NCBI RefSeq assembly: GCF_006345805.1
Contig: NC_043003.1
Span: forward strand, 4,154,001 to 4,218,000
Source: Octopus sinensis
Lineage: Eukaryota
Direction of reading: 5' to 3'
Length of the DNA: 64,000 nucleotides
Shown here: positions 26,637-39,856 of the stretch, in pieces
Numbering within the stretch: position 1 is the first letter of the stretch
Layout of the letters: each line of letters starts with the position of its first letter
Made by a program: the position numbers and the translations under genes
Notes under the pieces: model-generated
What the model saw: the letters and a program-made list of their open reading frames with translations, nothing else
What the model was told of the DNA's origin: nothing
Database searches by the model: none

Positions 26637-26835
26637 TATAACAATAAAAGTTTTGCAACAAGTTGCTTGACCACATACCGAAAATTTTAGAAATAGCAGC
26701 CAAAAGACTACTATTTCCTTTTTCTACAAAAATATGTCTCTTTTGTAGAAAAAGGAAATAGTAGTCTTTTGGCGGCTATTTCTAAAATTTTTGTTATGTG
26801 GTCAAGCAACTTGTTGCAAAATCCTTATTGTTATA
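26637..26835. repeat. ~95-bp-arm inverted repeat with 9-nt loop
   Basis: 26637-26731 is the reverse complement of 26741-26835 with few mismatches. Confidence 0.9.
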
Positions 26836-27719
26836 GTTATATATAAAAAACAAACTTTTTGTATAAGATTTTACCGAATATGGTCCTTTTCCATACCGAA
26901 AAACTACTAGGTGAAATTTGTTGATTTTATTAAATTAATTATCTTTCACCCTGTGCCGCGCAGTGGGACTGAACCAAGAAACATGAGGTTATGAAGCAAA
27001 CTTCTCACCACACAGCCACGTAAACATGCACGCGCGCACACACACACGCATGCGCAGTGAAGGAAAAGCGGCGCTGTGCGTTTGTAAGAACTTCCATAAT
27101 ATTTAAATGAATACGAAGAGTAATTTTGATTTAGTTTCTTTCGTCTTTTTACTGAATATCGAATTAAATTATGCTTTAAAAAATAATTCCTTTTTTTTTT
27201 TTTTGGAAACTTGTATTCTTTTCAGTCGTTTAATTCTCCGAAACGAATTGTTATAACATTTAATAGCAAAATATTCACGTGTTTACAACGATTCTTTGAC
27301 TAGTTTTATCCTTTTATTCAACTTAAAATATCCGTAAAAATTTGAAGAATATTTCAAAGAAGTACTTGAAATTCGTTAAATTCCATAATAACAAGGAACT
27401 TTCCATGAAATATTTACAAATATATTTTGAATATTTGTGTATTTTTCATTCATCCTTTTGTGACACAATTCTTTATCCATAAAGGATTTAGCAAAATAAC
27501 CAACCTCGCCATTATTTAACTGCTGTTTGGAACATAAATTTAATTCGTACTTCACAGAAACCAAGCATACTCGGTTCCATACATGGACAGTTGAGACACA
27601 GGAACTAAATTATTTCGTTTTTGATGGTGAGGGTCATTTCCAGATTCTCCACATTTCATATGACGTAGTACGCAAGTTTTAGTTTTCTATCCAATACAAA
27701 GGGATTGCTAAAACTGATT

Positions 27720-28130
27720 TACTCTTTTACTCTTTTACTTGTTTCAGTCAGTTGACTGCGGCCATGCTGGAGCACCGCCTTTAGTCGAGCAACTCGACCC
27801 CGGGACTTATTCTTTGTAAGCCCAGTACTTATTCTATCAGTCTCTATTGCCGAACCACTAAGTGGCGGAGACATAAACACACCAGCATCGGTTGTCAAAC
27901 AATGCTAGGGGGACAAACACAGACACACAAACATGCACACACGCATATATGTATATATACATACATACGACGGGTTTCTTTCAGTTTCCGTCAACCAAAT
28001 CCACTCACAAGGCTTTGGTCGGCCCGAGGCTATAGCAGAAGACACTTGCCCAAGGTGCCACGCAGTGGGATTGAACCCGGAACCATGTGGTTGGTAAGCA
28101 AGCTACTTACCACACAGCCACTCCTGCGCC
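27720..28130 (-). mobile_element. SINE family A
   Basis: Full match on the minus strand. Confidence 0.9.
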
Positions 28131-29199
28131 TGATTTGCATATAATTAATTTATGACATAACCAGCAAAAGCTTAATCGGCGCAGTGAAGGTTAAAGTTCT
28201 TTTATAAAACTATGATAGAAGGTTGACACTTGGTTAGGGACCCTTGGAAATAACCAATCTTGATCACAGAAGCGGGGGAGGTCTCGGTCGGATTGGTCGC
28301 AAAAAAGAAGCATTGATTCATTGGGAACGTGTTTGATTTTAACCTAAGGTTATTTTAGATTCCTCACCTGGCCCTTGGGTACTTTTAGCGGGGATGGGCA
28401 CACTGTTGTAGTCCTTTAGGCCTACCTCATTTCCTCCTTTACATAAGCCTTGATAAAATAAAAAAGGGAGGAACGCAAGCATTTCATTGCTCACAATCCT
28501 TTCTGCCTACCCCCGCATCTCCATCACCACCACCGCCCCGCCGCCCCTTCACTATCTCTATCGAATTGTCACAGGTTATCAACATTAAACAGATTAAACA
28601 GTCTGTCTTAACAAAGACTATTAGGTGTGGTTTCTGTGTGTTCCCGGAAGTTTGACCTCGACTCATATTACTTGTTGTTAGGGGGTCACTCCCAAACAGC
28701 ACCCACTAACAGAGACGAAAACAAAAAAAAAAAGGAATGGTGATGCGGTTCTAGGTTATGCTTGAAATAGCAGTCAAATACTCCTAAAATTCAACCCTAT
28801 ATTCTTGAAAACAGTCTGATGGATAGTCACGGATGGAATATTTCTGACAATAGGTTTAGTCCATCAGCGCTGACCAGGAGCTAAACAAATCTGGTTCCTT
28901 ATTGTTGTTGGGGAGAAGGATTGAAAGAGAGAGGGAGAGAGAGAGAGAGAGAGAGAGCAAGAAGAGTGATAGCAAAAACTACAACATAAATATATACAGA
29001 AAGAGTAAGAGAGAGTGAGAAGGTGTGGGGAGAAGATAAGGAATTTCTAAATGCTTTAACTCCCCGTCCTTACTCTCTCTATATTTCCCCAATCTCTCTC
29101 TCTCGCCCTTCTCCCTCTTGTTAAACTTCTATACCTTGAGACATGTTGTCATCTGATACCTACTTTGTCATATCTTTCATTACAAACTTGTTTACAAAT

Positions 29200-29240
<41 letters not shown>

Positions 29241-29336
29241 CACGACTATGTATGTATGTATATATACGTCATAACCCGCACCTGTCAGCCCACTGAAAAA
29301 TTCTTCATTCGGTAAAGCTTTATGTTGAATAATCCA

Positions 29337-29625
29337 GACAGACATTCATCACTTTAGTCAAACATAAATCAATACTCCAGTCAATCACTCATCAATACAG
29401 ACAATCATTGATACCTTCAGCCAATCATTCATCGATCCAGACGATCATTGATCACTCCGGCCAGTCACTCATCAATCCAATCTAACATTGATCAGTCGAA
29501 CCAGTCATTGACTAATCCAGCCAATCGCTCCTCAATCCGGTCTAACATTGAACAGTCAAGTCAATCATTCTTTAGTCTTGCCAAACACTGGTTACTCCTG
29601 TCTAACATTGATTAATGCAGCCAAT
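29337..29625. repeat. Diverged 20-bp minisatellite, ~14 units
   Basis: Units such as AGTCAATCACTCATCAATAC / AGACAATCATTGATACCTTC / AGCCAATCATTCATCGATCC recur in 20-nt register. Confidence 0.75.
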
Positions 29626-29713
29626 ATCTTAACTGAAAAAGCTTTGTAGAATGTCGAATTGTTGTGAAGGTTCGAAAATATATTGTCTTAGGTCCTTCCC
29701 CTCCAACTGTCAA

Positions 29714-29765
29714 TAGATTTCTGGCTTTCACCCATGTGGCCTGGGTTCGATTCTTAGCATGGGAA
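29714..29765 (+). pseudogene. tRNA-Glu(TTC)-like 3' fragment
   Basis: CTGG-CTTTCAC-CCA anticodon arm, GGGTTCGATTC T-loop and ATGGGAA end resemble metazoan tRNA-Glu(TTC). The 5' acceptor and D arm are absent. Confidence 0.5.
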
Positions 29766-29779
29766 CTTGTTGAATATGC

Positions 29780-30165
29780 GAAGGTATAGCTGTCTGGTGA
29801 AGTAGGTCGCTTTCCAACCACGTGGTTTCGGGTTCAGTTCCACAGCGTGCCATCGTGTGTGAATGTCCCCTACTATAGCCCTGAATCGACCAATGCCTTG
29901 TGAATGCATCTGACAGACGGAAACTACGTGGAAGCCTATCGTGTACATAGGTATGTACGTGTGTGCGTGTGTGTATGTGTTCCCAGCTGCTTGACAACCG
30001 GCGTTGGTTCGTTTACGCCTTTGTAAATTAGCGGTTCTAAGATATTGATAGAAAACGTACTAGACTTTAAAAAAATAGTTATTTGGGGCCGATGTGCGCG
30101 AGTAGAATCTTCGAAGGCGGTGCTCCTGCATGGCCGCAATCCAGTGATTGAATCAAGTAAAAGCT
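29780..30165 (+). mobile_element. Diverged SINE family A
   Basis: Head, body and tail motifs. Confidence 0.75.
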
Positions 30166-30314
30166 GAAAGTGTTGACAGATTCTGTAGCCGAGCATTGAA
30201 AGAATATTCTGTTAAGAGACTATTAAATTATTAATTGGAGCAGCTGCTCCATAAAGGTACTTTATATGCAAATTGGTTAAACTGATTAAATGTGACCTTT
30301 AATAATGGTGTTGG

Positions 30315-30570
30315 TACTCCGTATTGGTTACGACGACGACGACGCGGGATCCAGTCGATCCGATCAACGGAACAGCCTGCACGTGAAATTAACATGCAAG
30401 TGACTGAGCACTCCACAGACACGTGTACCCTTAATGTTGTTCTCAGGGAGATTCAACGTGACACAGACTGTGACAAGATCGGCCCTTTGAAATACAGGTA
30501 CAATTCATTTTTGCCAGCTGAGTGGAATGGAACAATGTGAAGTAAAGTGTCTTGCTCAAGGACACAACCA
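30315..30570 (-). mobile_element. SINE family C (body II, tail beta), headless
   Basis: Matches 17770-17980 and 19685-19865. Confidence 0.8.
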
Positions 30571-31200
30571 CTTCCTTATCGCACCACGGAAAAATCAAGA
30601 TTCTTTCAGGCAGAGCTGTTTTTCCTAACTCAGGATGAGGGTTGGGGTCACTTTCAGCCAAAGACAAAGAGACAATCAATGAAGTGGAAACACCTCTCCT
30701 CACCTGCTTCATAAAAGGTCAAGGTCGTTTTATCTACGGGGGAGGGGATGGCCTCAGCTATTTTGGGGGTGCAAAAGTCATTGTGTTTAGTGACTCTCTT
30801 CCAAAAGATCACAGCATCCATGTGGAGTATTAAACCAACTTGCCGATGCAATTATTGAAGGCTATCAAGACCAAACACCCAGGAAAACTGACGAAAGGGG
30901 TCTTGTTTCATAATGCATAACTGTCGTCCAATCTGTTCCCTAAAAAGGCGAACCCCCGCCAAAAAAAAACCCCACTGGGCTGTGAACCAGCATCGCAGTG
31001 ACAATGACGTCATAGATGCTGTTGGTGGTTTTTTTGACCAAATAGATGAAAGCTTCTTCCTCCGTGGGATACAAGCACTGCAACACTGATGGAAGAAGTA
31101 TATGGATCACAAGCGGGACGATGTTGGGAAATAAACCTCATTTGGTCGCATTCCATGAAAGTATTTTGGTCAGTCTATCAACTTTTCAGCCGACCCTGTT
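30570..31200 (+). mobile_element. Mariner transposase 3' remnant
   Basis: Frameshifted WKHLSSPAS*KVKVVLS..GMAS..KDHSIHVEY..KAIKTKHPGKLTKGVLFHNA, ending in TIR-like AACTTTTCAGCCGACCCT. Confidence 0.7.
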
Positions 31201-31376
31201 ATATGTCCATACAATCTTGGTTGGAAATGTATAATTAAGTCACTAGACAGAGTCAGCCTACCTTAATGAGGCTAACAAAACTTAGGTTCATTCGACAGTA
31301 AATACTACTGGTATGGGGTTAGCAAATCTTTTAATGAACAATCCTTTTCTAACACACACACACACATAATATATAT

Positions 31377-32629
31377 TAGGGGTTGCACAAAATATTGGAA
31401 ACACCTAGCATCATAGCATCATAATTTTGAAATATCTACAAAACCGTCAAAAGCTTGTTATTTTTGTTTTTTGATTTATTATTAGTGTTGCTTAATAGGT
31501 TTTGCTAAAATTGCTCTTTCTTTTCAGATATCATCAGAAAAAGGTAATTAAAATTCATAAAAATGACAGATCTATCGGACTTTCAAAGAGATCAAATTGT
31601 TGGTGGTCGTATGGCAGGCGCTAGCGTAACGAAACCATCCGATATGTTTGGTGTATCAAGAAGTACTGTCTCGAAAGTAATGACAGCCTTTGAGAAAGAA
31701 GGAAAAACCTCCTCATCAAAACAAAACTCTGGAAAAAAACCCAAACTTTCAGATAGGGACCGTCGGACTCTTATGCAAATTGTTAGAAAGGATCACAAAA
31801 GAACAGCTCCCAAAATTACTGCAGAGCTTAATGACCACCCCGAGAACCCAGTTTCCAGAAAAATAGTTCGCCGGGTCCTGCACAAAGCCAGATTTCACGG
31901 GAGGGTGGCAATCAGAAAACCGCTACTTTCAAAAGCAAACGTTGCAAAGTGTTTAGAGTGGAGTAAACTCTACAGAATTGGTTCCTAGAGCAGTGGAAGA
32001 ATGTTATTTTCTCGGACGAGTCATCCTTTACCTTATTTATGACCACCGGCCGAGACAGCCAAAAGAAGCATTTGACCCAGACTGCCTTCTTCCAACTGTT
32101 AAACACGGAGGATCTGTGATGATCTGGGAGGCTATATCTTGGAAATTCGCCGGCCCAATGGTTTCCTTTCATGGCAAAATTAATGGTCAAGACTATTCAA
32201 GCATTTTATCTGATCAAATTCATCCTGTGGTTGCGGAACTGTTCCCGGGGAAAAAGCAATTTTTTAGGATGATAATGCACCAATTCACACAGCTAAAGTT
32301 GTTACTGAATGGCATGAGGAACATTCTAGTGAAGTTGAACATCTTATCTGGCCACTATATTCCCCAGATCTCAATATTACTGAACATTTACGGAGGATTT
32401 TAGAAAAAACAATTAAGGAGTCGATATCCTCCACCATCATCACTGCAACAACTGGAGACTGTTTTAGATGAAGAATGGACAAAAATTCCTTTGGAAACAA
32501 TTCAAACTTTGAACGAGTCCATACCTTGTAGAATTTAAGCTGTAATTACTGCCAAAGGCGGTCCTACTCCATATTAAAATAAATTTGCTTGAAATTTTAT
32601 GATGTTTCCATTATTTTGTCCAACCCCTG
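31377..32629 (+). mobile_element. Full-length Tc1 (DD34E) transposon, inactivated
   Basis: TIRs (C/T)AGGGGTTG.ACAAAATA.TGGAAACA at both ends, with TA at 32630. Confidence 0.9.
31563..32577 (+). pseudogene. Tc1 transposase pseudogene
   Basis: MTDLSDFQRDQIVG HTH, SGKKPKLSDRDRR, WKNVIFSDES, TVKHGGSVMIW, DDNAPIHTAK, WPLYSPDLNITEH, with frameshifts and stops. Confidence 0.9.
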
Positions 32630-32739
32630 TACATATATGTTGTAGTGTTTTATGGATTTTGTCCTATTCTTTCCCTACAACTTTTGCTTATGATTTTTGA
32701 AATTTGAATAAATTTTACTTCTTTTCAGACGATGGCATG

Positions 32740-32778
<39 letters not shown>

Positions 32779-32839
32779 TGAGTGTGTGTGAGTGAGTGAG
32801 TGAGTGAGTGAATGAGAGAGAGAGAGAGAGGGGGGAGTA

Positions 32840-33810
32840 TTGTCGACACCTGCGCCTCTTCGCTTTCATTCAAGCTTCCAATGTCGCCCGAGACATTTGT
32901 GTTGTGCACGGAGAAGGAACTATTAGCGAAAGAACTTCACAGAAATGCTTTTCACGCTTCCACGAGCTGAAATTCCACCGCATTCCGGCCGATCCGTTCA
33001 ATTCAATGAGAATCGATTAAACCCATTCGTCCACGAGGAACTGTTCCAATACACCAAGGAATTGGCAAAGACGATGGGATGCTCTCACGATGCAGTTGCT
33101 CGTCACATTCACTTCATGGGTGAAGGTCCCCAAACTAAGTGCACGGGTGTCACGCTCTCTGAAAGAAAGAGAAAACTCCAGCGTTCCTCAATCGCCCTCA
33201 GTTTGCTCGTTCGATACCTGGCTATTATTCGTCGACGGAAACAGATTTCTTTAGTGCATCGTCACCTGCGATGAAAAATGGTATCTTTACAGCTCTTTGA
33301 AGCAGAGAAAATGAATGGCTGAATCCGGACAAGCAAGTCACTCCTCGAACCAAGCCAGAGTTGGATAAACACAAGACAATGGTCTGCACTTGGTGGGACT
33401 GGGAAGGGCTGCTACGAAATGCTTGAAAACAACCACACAGTCAATGCAGAGTTTTACGATCATCAAATGCACCGGTTCAACCAGGACATTTAGGTGAAGC
33501 GACCCGACCGGCGACACTGCGTCGCACCCACTTCGCTAATTTGACCAAAAATGTTATTCGAGAACTCTGTTGGGAAGTTCTACCGCTCCCACAATATTTA
33601 ATACGGCGCCTTCCACTTATTAGCTTTCTCGGTCGCTCTCCAGAAGTCTACGAGGGGTTTTGTTCAACATGGACGATGTGGTTCGATAAATGTGGCTCGA
33701 TAAATTCTTCGAGTCAAGACCCGTTGATTTCTACGACCAAGGCTTTAACAAACGTGTGGAACGTGGGCAAGAAATCGTGAACAATGGAAGAGAGAATACA
33801 GTAATGACGG
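32840..33810 (+). mobile_element. Degenerate mariner transposase
   Basis: RHLRLFAF..ARDICVVHGEG, IVTCDEKW, KTMVCTWWDWEG, LCWEVLP; many lesions. Confidence 0.8.
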
Positions 33811-33878
33811 ATTTGTTAAAATTGCCGATGATAGAATTAAAATGTATGAAAAGAAAAAATAAAAGGTAAAAGAATTAT

Positions 33879-34044
33879 AGGCGCAGGAGTGGCTGTGTGG
33901 TAAGTAGCTTGCTAACCAACCACATGGTTCCGGGTTCAGTCCCACTGCGTGGCATCTTGGGCAAGTGTCTTCTGCTATAGCTTCGGGCCGACCAAAGCCT
34001 TGTGAGTGGATTTGGTAGACGGAAACTGAAAGAAGCCTGTCGTA

Positions 34045-34107
<63 letters not shown>

Positions 34108-34315
34108 ATATGTTTGTGTGTCTGTGTTTGTCCCCCTAGCATTGCTTGACAACCGATGCTGGTGTGTTTACGTCCCCGTCACTTAGCGGTTCGGCAAAAG
34201 AGACCGATAGAATAAGTACTGGGCTTACAAAGAATGAGTCTCGGGGTCGATTTGCTCGACTAAAGGCGGTGCTCCAGCATGGCCGCAGTCAAATGACTGA
34301 AACAAGTAAAAGAGT
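33879..34315 (+). mobile_element. SINE family A (young, near-consensus copy)
   Basis: Complete head, (TA)n linker, body and tail. Confidence 0.92.
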
Positions 34316-34994
34316 ATAGCTCGATGGCATGCGACTCTTCGGTTTAGCTTCTTGGTTCGGCGTTTTTGTTTTTCTTTGTTATTTTGGCGGCTGACATTGA
34401 GAGACGAACCTTTCTGTTTGGAGTTAAAACTTTTGAACTTCATTTAAACAAAGTTTTTTCTCGTATAGTGATTACTTTATCTTACGTTTTTGTTGTTGAT
34501 TTATTCATCCTTGATATTTTCAAAACCATTTCGTTTTGTTTGATTTCTATTGAAAAATTACTTCCATTTTGACCTGTTTCATTTTCTTTCCGTTCTTGTT
34601 TAAAAGAAACTAAAACAAAATCGTATGCAATGGCCACAACTAATGTGTGTGGGTGTACTTGCTGAGTTCGATTTTCAGTTCAGAATTTAATTCCGCTCCG
34701 TTTTGTTCGTCCTAACCTCCATTACGTCTATGTCGTATGTTATTTCAATAATATATTTTATGTGTGATAATTACAATTAATGCACAAAATACCAGTTTTA
34801 TTAAATGTACTTGGTTCCATATTATTGACACTCATTTCGTTTTCTTGTCCTGATTAGGTTTCATTTTGTTGACGTCATCGAATCTATTTCACAAATTATG
34901 TAAAGTCAGGTTCAAGTCCGTCTCTGATGTTATTCAATCCGAGAATCATTATTATTATCATCATCATTATTATTATTACAACAGTGAACAAGCA

Positions 34995-35195
34995 TAATCG
35001 TTAACGCAGCAGGCAAAATGTTTAGCAGAATTTCGTCCGTCTTTACGTTCTGAGTTCAAATCCTGCCGGGGTCGATTTTACCTTTGTCTTTTCGGGGTCG
35101 ATAAAATAAAAGACCAGTTGGGGGTCGATGTAATCGACTTACCTCCTCCTCCGAAATTGCTGGCCTTGTGCCTATTGTAGAGATGTTTATTATTA
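34995..35195 (+). mobile_element. SINE family B
   Basis: Body match, flanked by (TTA)n. Confidence 0.8.
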
Positions 35196-35699
35196 CTTCT
35201 TTGATAGTTTCATACGAGTTACTACTGCCCCACTTGGTGCACCTCCATGCTCTTGAGGTCTGTGCAGTATTTTTGCGGTGGGTTGCAGAAAGTATAAACC
35301 CCTCCTGACGATATATTGCATTAATTTGTTTTGTTATGGGATTCAGTTCCCTGTTATATCAACTGATGATCTGTTTTGTGTGGCGTGTGTATTTTCTGTT
35401 GCGTTATTTTATGGGACCTTAATTTTGTATAATATCGAGAGGTAATATTTACCCCCAATTCTGTCAGAACAAGCTATTCTGTGGTAGTTAGCTTGGGAGA
35501 AACTCTCACACTGGCTTAGCGCAAGAGTGCAGTTTGTACCAAAAACTAATATGAGGGTTTCTCTCATGGTAACTATCCCAGAATAGTTTATATCCACGAT
35601 TAGGTCGGGTCAGATATTTCCTCTCGGTATTAAGACGGTCACTAATAAATTTTCTTGTATATTCTATGTAAATCGTGCCCCACTTTTTTCTTTTAGATA

Positions 35700-35940
35700 A
35701 TTAGGTGCTTATACTACAGGGTATTGACTGTGCGTGGCAATTGTTCTGCTTGATCATTTCTATTGGATTGACTGTCTTGCGCAAGACGTGGCTGCTCCTT
35801 GCAGAGTTATTTTTCGACAGCCGTGTAATGTTGGGAGCCCTAATAATATATTCCTTTTTACATTTCTTTTTGTTTGTATTCAAACCTAACGCTCCAGTGA
35901 CTCTTGGTATTTTGTTTTCACCTTCGTACTTCACATCTTG
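35700..35940 (-). pseudogene. R4/Dong-type non-LTR retrotransposon C-terminal remnant
   Basis: KIPRVTGALGL...HVLRKTV parallels the R4/Dong C-terminus IPIIVGALG...TAHILRKTL. Weaker similar traces occur at 35190-35700. Confidence 0.55.
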
Positions 35941-35958
35941 ATTAATATTATTATTATT

Positions 35959-36410
35959 GAGTGAGCGAGCAGAGCATGCCATCAAAGTGACACTGGAGTA
36001 CAAATATACGAAGCCCAGTATACCCATCATGACTACCCGTCTGATAAGGGAACACCGGGTACATGCATCACGACCACATGTGCGAGACATGGTGATCTCA
36101 TATCAAGATAAACAGCGCATGACCTTGCAGCTGGGGCCTAGTTAGGATTTTCTTCTGGTCGAGTAGCCCATCCCACTCAAGAGGTCCCTGAATAAGATTT
36201 GTTTTAAGAATGATGAACAAAACACCCATGTTTCCAGAGGTGAATTATTCAAACCCCAAAGAATCCCTCTCAACACATGGCTATGATGCTCTCCCACTAT
36301 ATCTGCTCGTGATCAGAGATGTACATATCGTCAGCCACCAAGGGACATGCTCAACTGGTTAAGGTCAAACAACTGAGAAGCAAATCTGTGGTTTTGAGCA
36401 GAATATTTGC
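35959..36410 (-). mobile_element. Interspersed retroposon 3' part with (TAA)n tail
   Basis: Second copy at 15713-15980; abuts (TTA)n at 35941-35958. Confidence 0.7.
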
Positions 36411-37678
36411 TCGGACAAAATGTTTATCACAAAGTTCTGTCATCTGATTTCTGGCGAGTCGTTTCAAGCAAAAGTAATCAGAAAATTTCTTCACTCATGT
36501 TGAGCGTAGAAATTACATTTTGAAGAATATTTTACCTGACATGTTACACAAAATAGGCGGGAAGCATAAACAAAACCCTTGGCAGGTGCACGGAGACACA
36601 CAAAAACAAAATAATGTGGTGGTGAGGCTAGGGTGACAAAAATGTTTTGAAAGAAAATTATATTTCTGTAGTTTTTATATAAGAGAGCAAATTTGATAAC
36701 TTGCTGAGCAACAGCAAACCTTAATACACAATGTTTTGAAAACGTTGCGCGAATAACGTTAAATCCGTGACAAATTTCAATCAGAAAGATTTGTGGTAGG
36801 GAGGTGGGGTCATGAAGAGCTCTTTCTTTGCTTGAGGAATTTGTCCAAATTTGGCCGTCTCAGCTTCGCAAAGGGCTGAACCTTTCGCAGCCTCTGAAGA
36901 CAAATTGAAAGAGAATCCGAACATTTGAGACGGAATCCTTTATTATCAAACTTGCTTCTGGATTCTCAGAATTTTAAGGCTGTGACACCCAAACTGGGAG
37001 TTTGTTAAAAATTGTATTTTGTTCATTAGTAGTTACTATGATAATAACTATCTTTGCTATTGTTTAGCCTCAAGTCTGTACGAGTCTACAAGCCTATGAT
37101 CAAGAGCAATCCAATCGTGACTATCTTGTTTTTTAATTCTTGCCTCTGTACTACTAACAACATTATTCTATACGTCATTTTCTTAAATCAGAAGGTTTGT
37201 TCGATGGAGCTTTGACTGCTATTTCTAGTAGGTAAAGCAATGAGCTAGAGAGGCTCGGCCGTGGTCTGCTCTTCTAATTGCTGTCATCACCCACGCTCTT
37301 CCTTCTTACGTCGTGCCTCTCTCCTTCCACTTCTTACTGTACAACACAACACAACCAGTAATCTCATTCATAGTTGACACAACGATTAATAACTGTCCTG
37401 TAAATTATCTTCGGGAGTGGCTCCCTCCTCCGCTTGGTTGACATGCGTAAGCCAGTCACACTCATTCATACATATGCACATACAGAAATGCACGCATATA
37501 CATGTATATATATATATACAGCTGTTTACACACAAGGCTATACATACGCCTATACTCATTCAGAGCGAGCGTGTGTGGATGTATGCAAATTTACACATGT
37601 ATACGCACAATGTAAATGTACAAACATATGCATATGTCTATACACACACAAAGTCACATCACCTACACATAAATCTAT

Positions 37679-37721
<43 letters not shown>

Positions 37722-37729
37722 ACTGTTTA

Positions 37730-38319
37730 TGATTTACCTCGACTGTCGCGGGTGTTAAATTCCGAAACCCCCGGCGATAGGTCTAAAATCCGCGAAGTAA
37801 ACACAGTACTGTATTGTATAATTTTTTTTTTTATTTTTATAGTTTGTATATATTTATTTTATTATAAACTAGCACTATGACCTGGCAACGCCCGGTCATA
37901 TTGCTAGTGCATGAATATACAGCTGCGTGCGTGCGCACATACACGCGAGTACTGTCCAAATCTCCGACCAATCACATACAGCTAGCTGGCATTCAATTGG
38001 CGTATCAAGTTTCGGGCATTTTGATTGGGTTTTGGATAGAAAATTCACAAAAAGTCGCTTCTATTGATTTTTTAATGGCTTTGCGGGGTGACTGGGGAAA
38101 TGTAAAGATGTGCACGACCACCCTTGAACGGTTTTGAATGACCATAGAAAGAGCGAGCCCTCTAACTGAAAAATTGTGGATTTGTATAAAGGACACACAC
38201 ACAGACAGACATTTTGCCGTTTATATATTTAGAAATACAAAACAACACCACGGAGGAATCGATATAAGCTCAAATGATAAACCGCGATAGGTGAACCGCG
38301 ATATGGCGAGGGATTACTG
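37730..38319. mobile_element. Tigger/pogo-like MITE interrupted by a Helitron
   Basis: Right end CCGCGATATGGCGAGGGATTACTG-TA; degenerate left end CCTCGACTGTCGCGG. Confidence 0.6.
37869..38233 (-). mobile_element. Non-autonomous Helitron
   Basis: CTAG terminus with hairpin; the other end carries (CAGA)n followed by TTTATATA..AGA, as in the 23154 copy. Confidence 0.7.
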
Positions 38320-38411
38320 TATCTCTGTAGTCTTTTCTGGAAAGTCATTGACTCCTCCTCCTACTACTACTACCACTAATACTGCTATTCCCACCACCAC
38401 ACACACACACA

Positions 38412-38600
38412 CTCCGTCCGGGTTGCGGATCCGTGGAATAAGCTGCCAGACGAGATGGTGAAGATGCCGACGACCGCTCGGTTCAAAGTCTCCCTTGACC
38501 TCAAGTGTTTACATGAACACCACCTTGTACATAACTCCATGTCCCCCTACATGGCCTTGCTTTTTGCTTTTTGAGCCAAAAAATTAACTAACTAACTAAC
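38412..38600 (+). mobile_element. 5'-truncated CR1-type LINE 3' end
   Basis: SVRVADPWNKLPDEMVK..RFKVSLD (CR1 WN.LP...FK..LD motif), short 3'UTR and (CTAA)n tail. Confidence 0.75.
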
Positions 38601-38834
38601 ACCACCTCCAACAACCTCTCAGTGATGAGGTGGGACTATGCAGCTATGAATTTTTTTTAGAAAAGTTGAAATTTAGTAATGCAAACAGCGCATGTGCATG
38701 TCTGTGTATACATATATGCGTACATGCATACGTACATACATACGTACATACATACATACATACATACATACATACATACATACATACATACATACATACA
38801 TACATACATACATACAGATTATGTGTACATTATA

Positions 38835-39067
38835 TTGGGTTGGTGCATAATTATTGCGGCTTTTTTTTGCAACAAATTTTATTCAACAAAAACAATATTT
38901 AACAAAAACGTCTTTAAATGATGGTCTGACCGTCTGCCAAGCAAATTGGAAGCAGTAATTGAAGTAGATGGTGAATACGCTCCGGAATAATCATTTAAAG
39001 ATGGTTTTGTTACATGTTGCTATTGTTTTTGTTGAAAAAAAGCCACAATAATTATGCACCAACCCAA
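38835..39067 (+). mobile_element. Mariner-derived MITE
   Basis: TIRs TTGGGTTGGTGCATAATTATTG.GGC, TA flanks; retains the transposase C-terminus RLPSKLEAVIEVDGEYAPE*. Confidence 0.85.
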
Positions 39068-39146
39068 TATATACACACGTACATGCATACACACACATAG
39101 ATACATAGGTAAAAAAGATCTATATATATATATATATATATATATA

Positions 39147-39856
39147 CTAGCATTAAAGACCCGTCGTTGTCGGGTCATAGTGCTAGTGCATGTATATATG
39201 TATATAAATATATGTACATATTACATGTACATCTATATATATACATCTACATATAAAATGCAAAATACAAAGTTATATCTTGATATCGTTAGTGATAACA
39301 ATACTCAAAATATATAACAGACTGGAATTGTTAGCTCTTCTTTTTTCTCTACATTGTATACTTTATAGACAATAGTCTTTTCTTTAATATTCCATTTCTG
39401 CACGCTAATTTTATTTTTACTTTATTCCCATTCATGTGCAACCACTTATTCAAGTTCAAAACAGTGATGCAATTTTATACCAATTGCTGTTTTTACTTTT
39501 GTTATTTTACGATTATATTATACTTTAGTTTGATTTCAATTATTACTTACTACATATAATTCAATTGTTATTATTATTTTTATTGTTAAAGTGAAAGTAT
39601 CTGACATAAAATAGAGAAATATTTTTGTTTCACTTTTAACACGTAATACTGAAATAGTGGAGAAGATATGATATTGCTATGGGCTCGCTCTAGGCAAGAA
39701 GTTGAACATTTTTCTTTGACCGATGACACTCCCTGGACCCTAAGTAAGGCATGTGTAAAATTTGAATGAAATTGGTTGTGTAGTTCTCAAGTTTTAGGGA
39801 AACACACAGACAGACAGACAGACAGACACACATTCTCAGTTTTATATATATAAAGA
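39147..39856 (-). mobile_element. Non-autonomous Helitron
   Basis: A|TC start on the minus strand, (GTCT)n, hairpin and CTAG|T end. Confidence 0.7.

Noticed and set aside
29337-29625. CRISPR-like periodicity
   Set aside because: Contiguous tandem units without spacers, in eukaryotic context with no cas genes.
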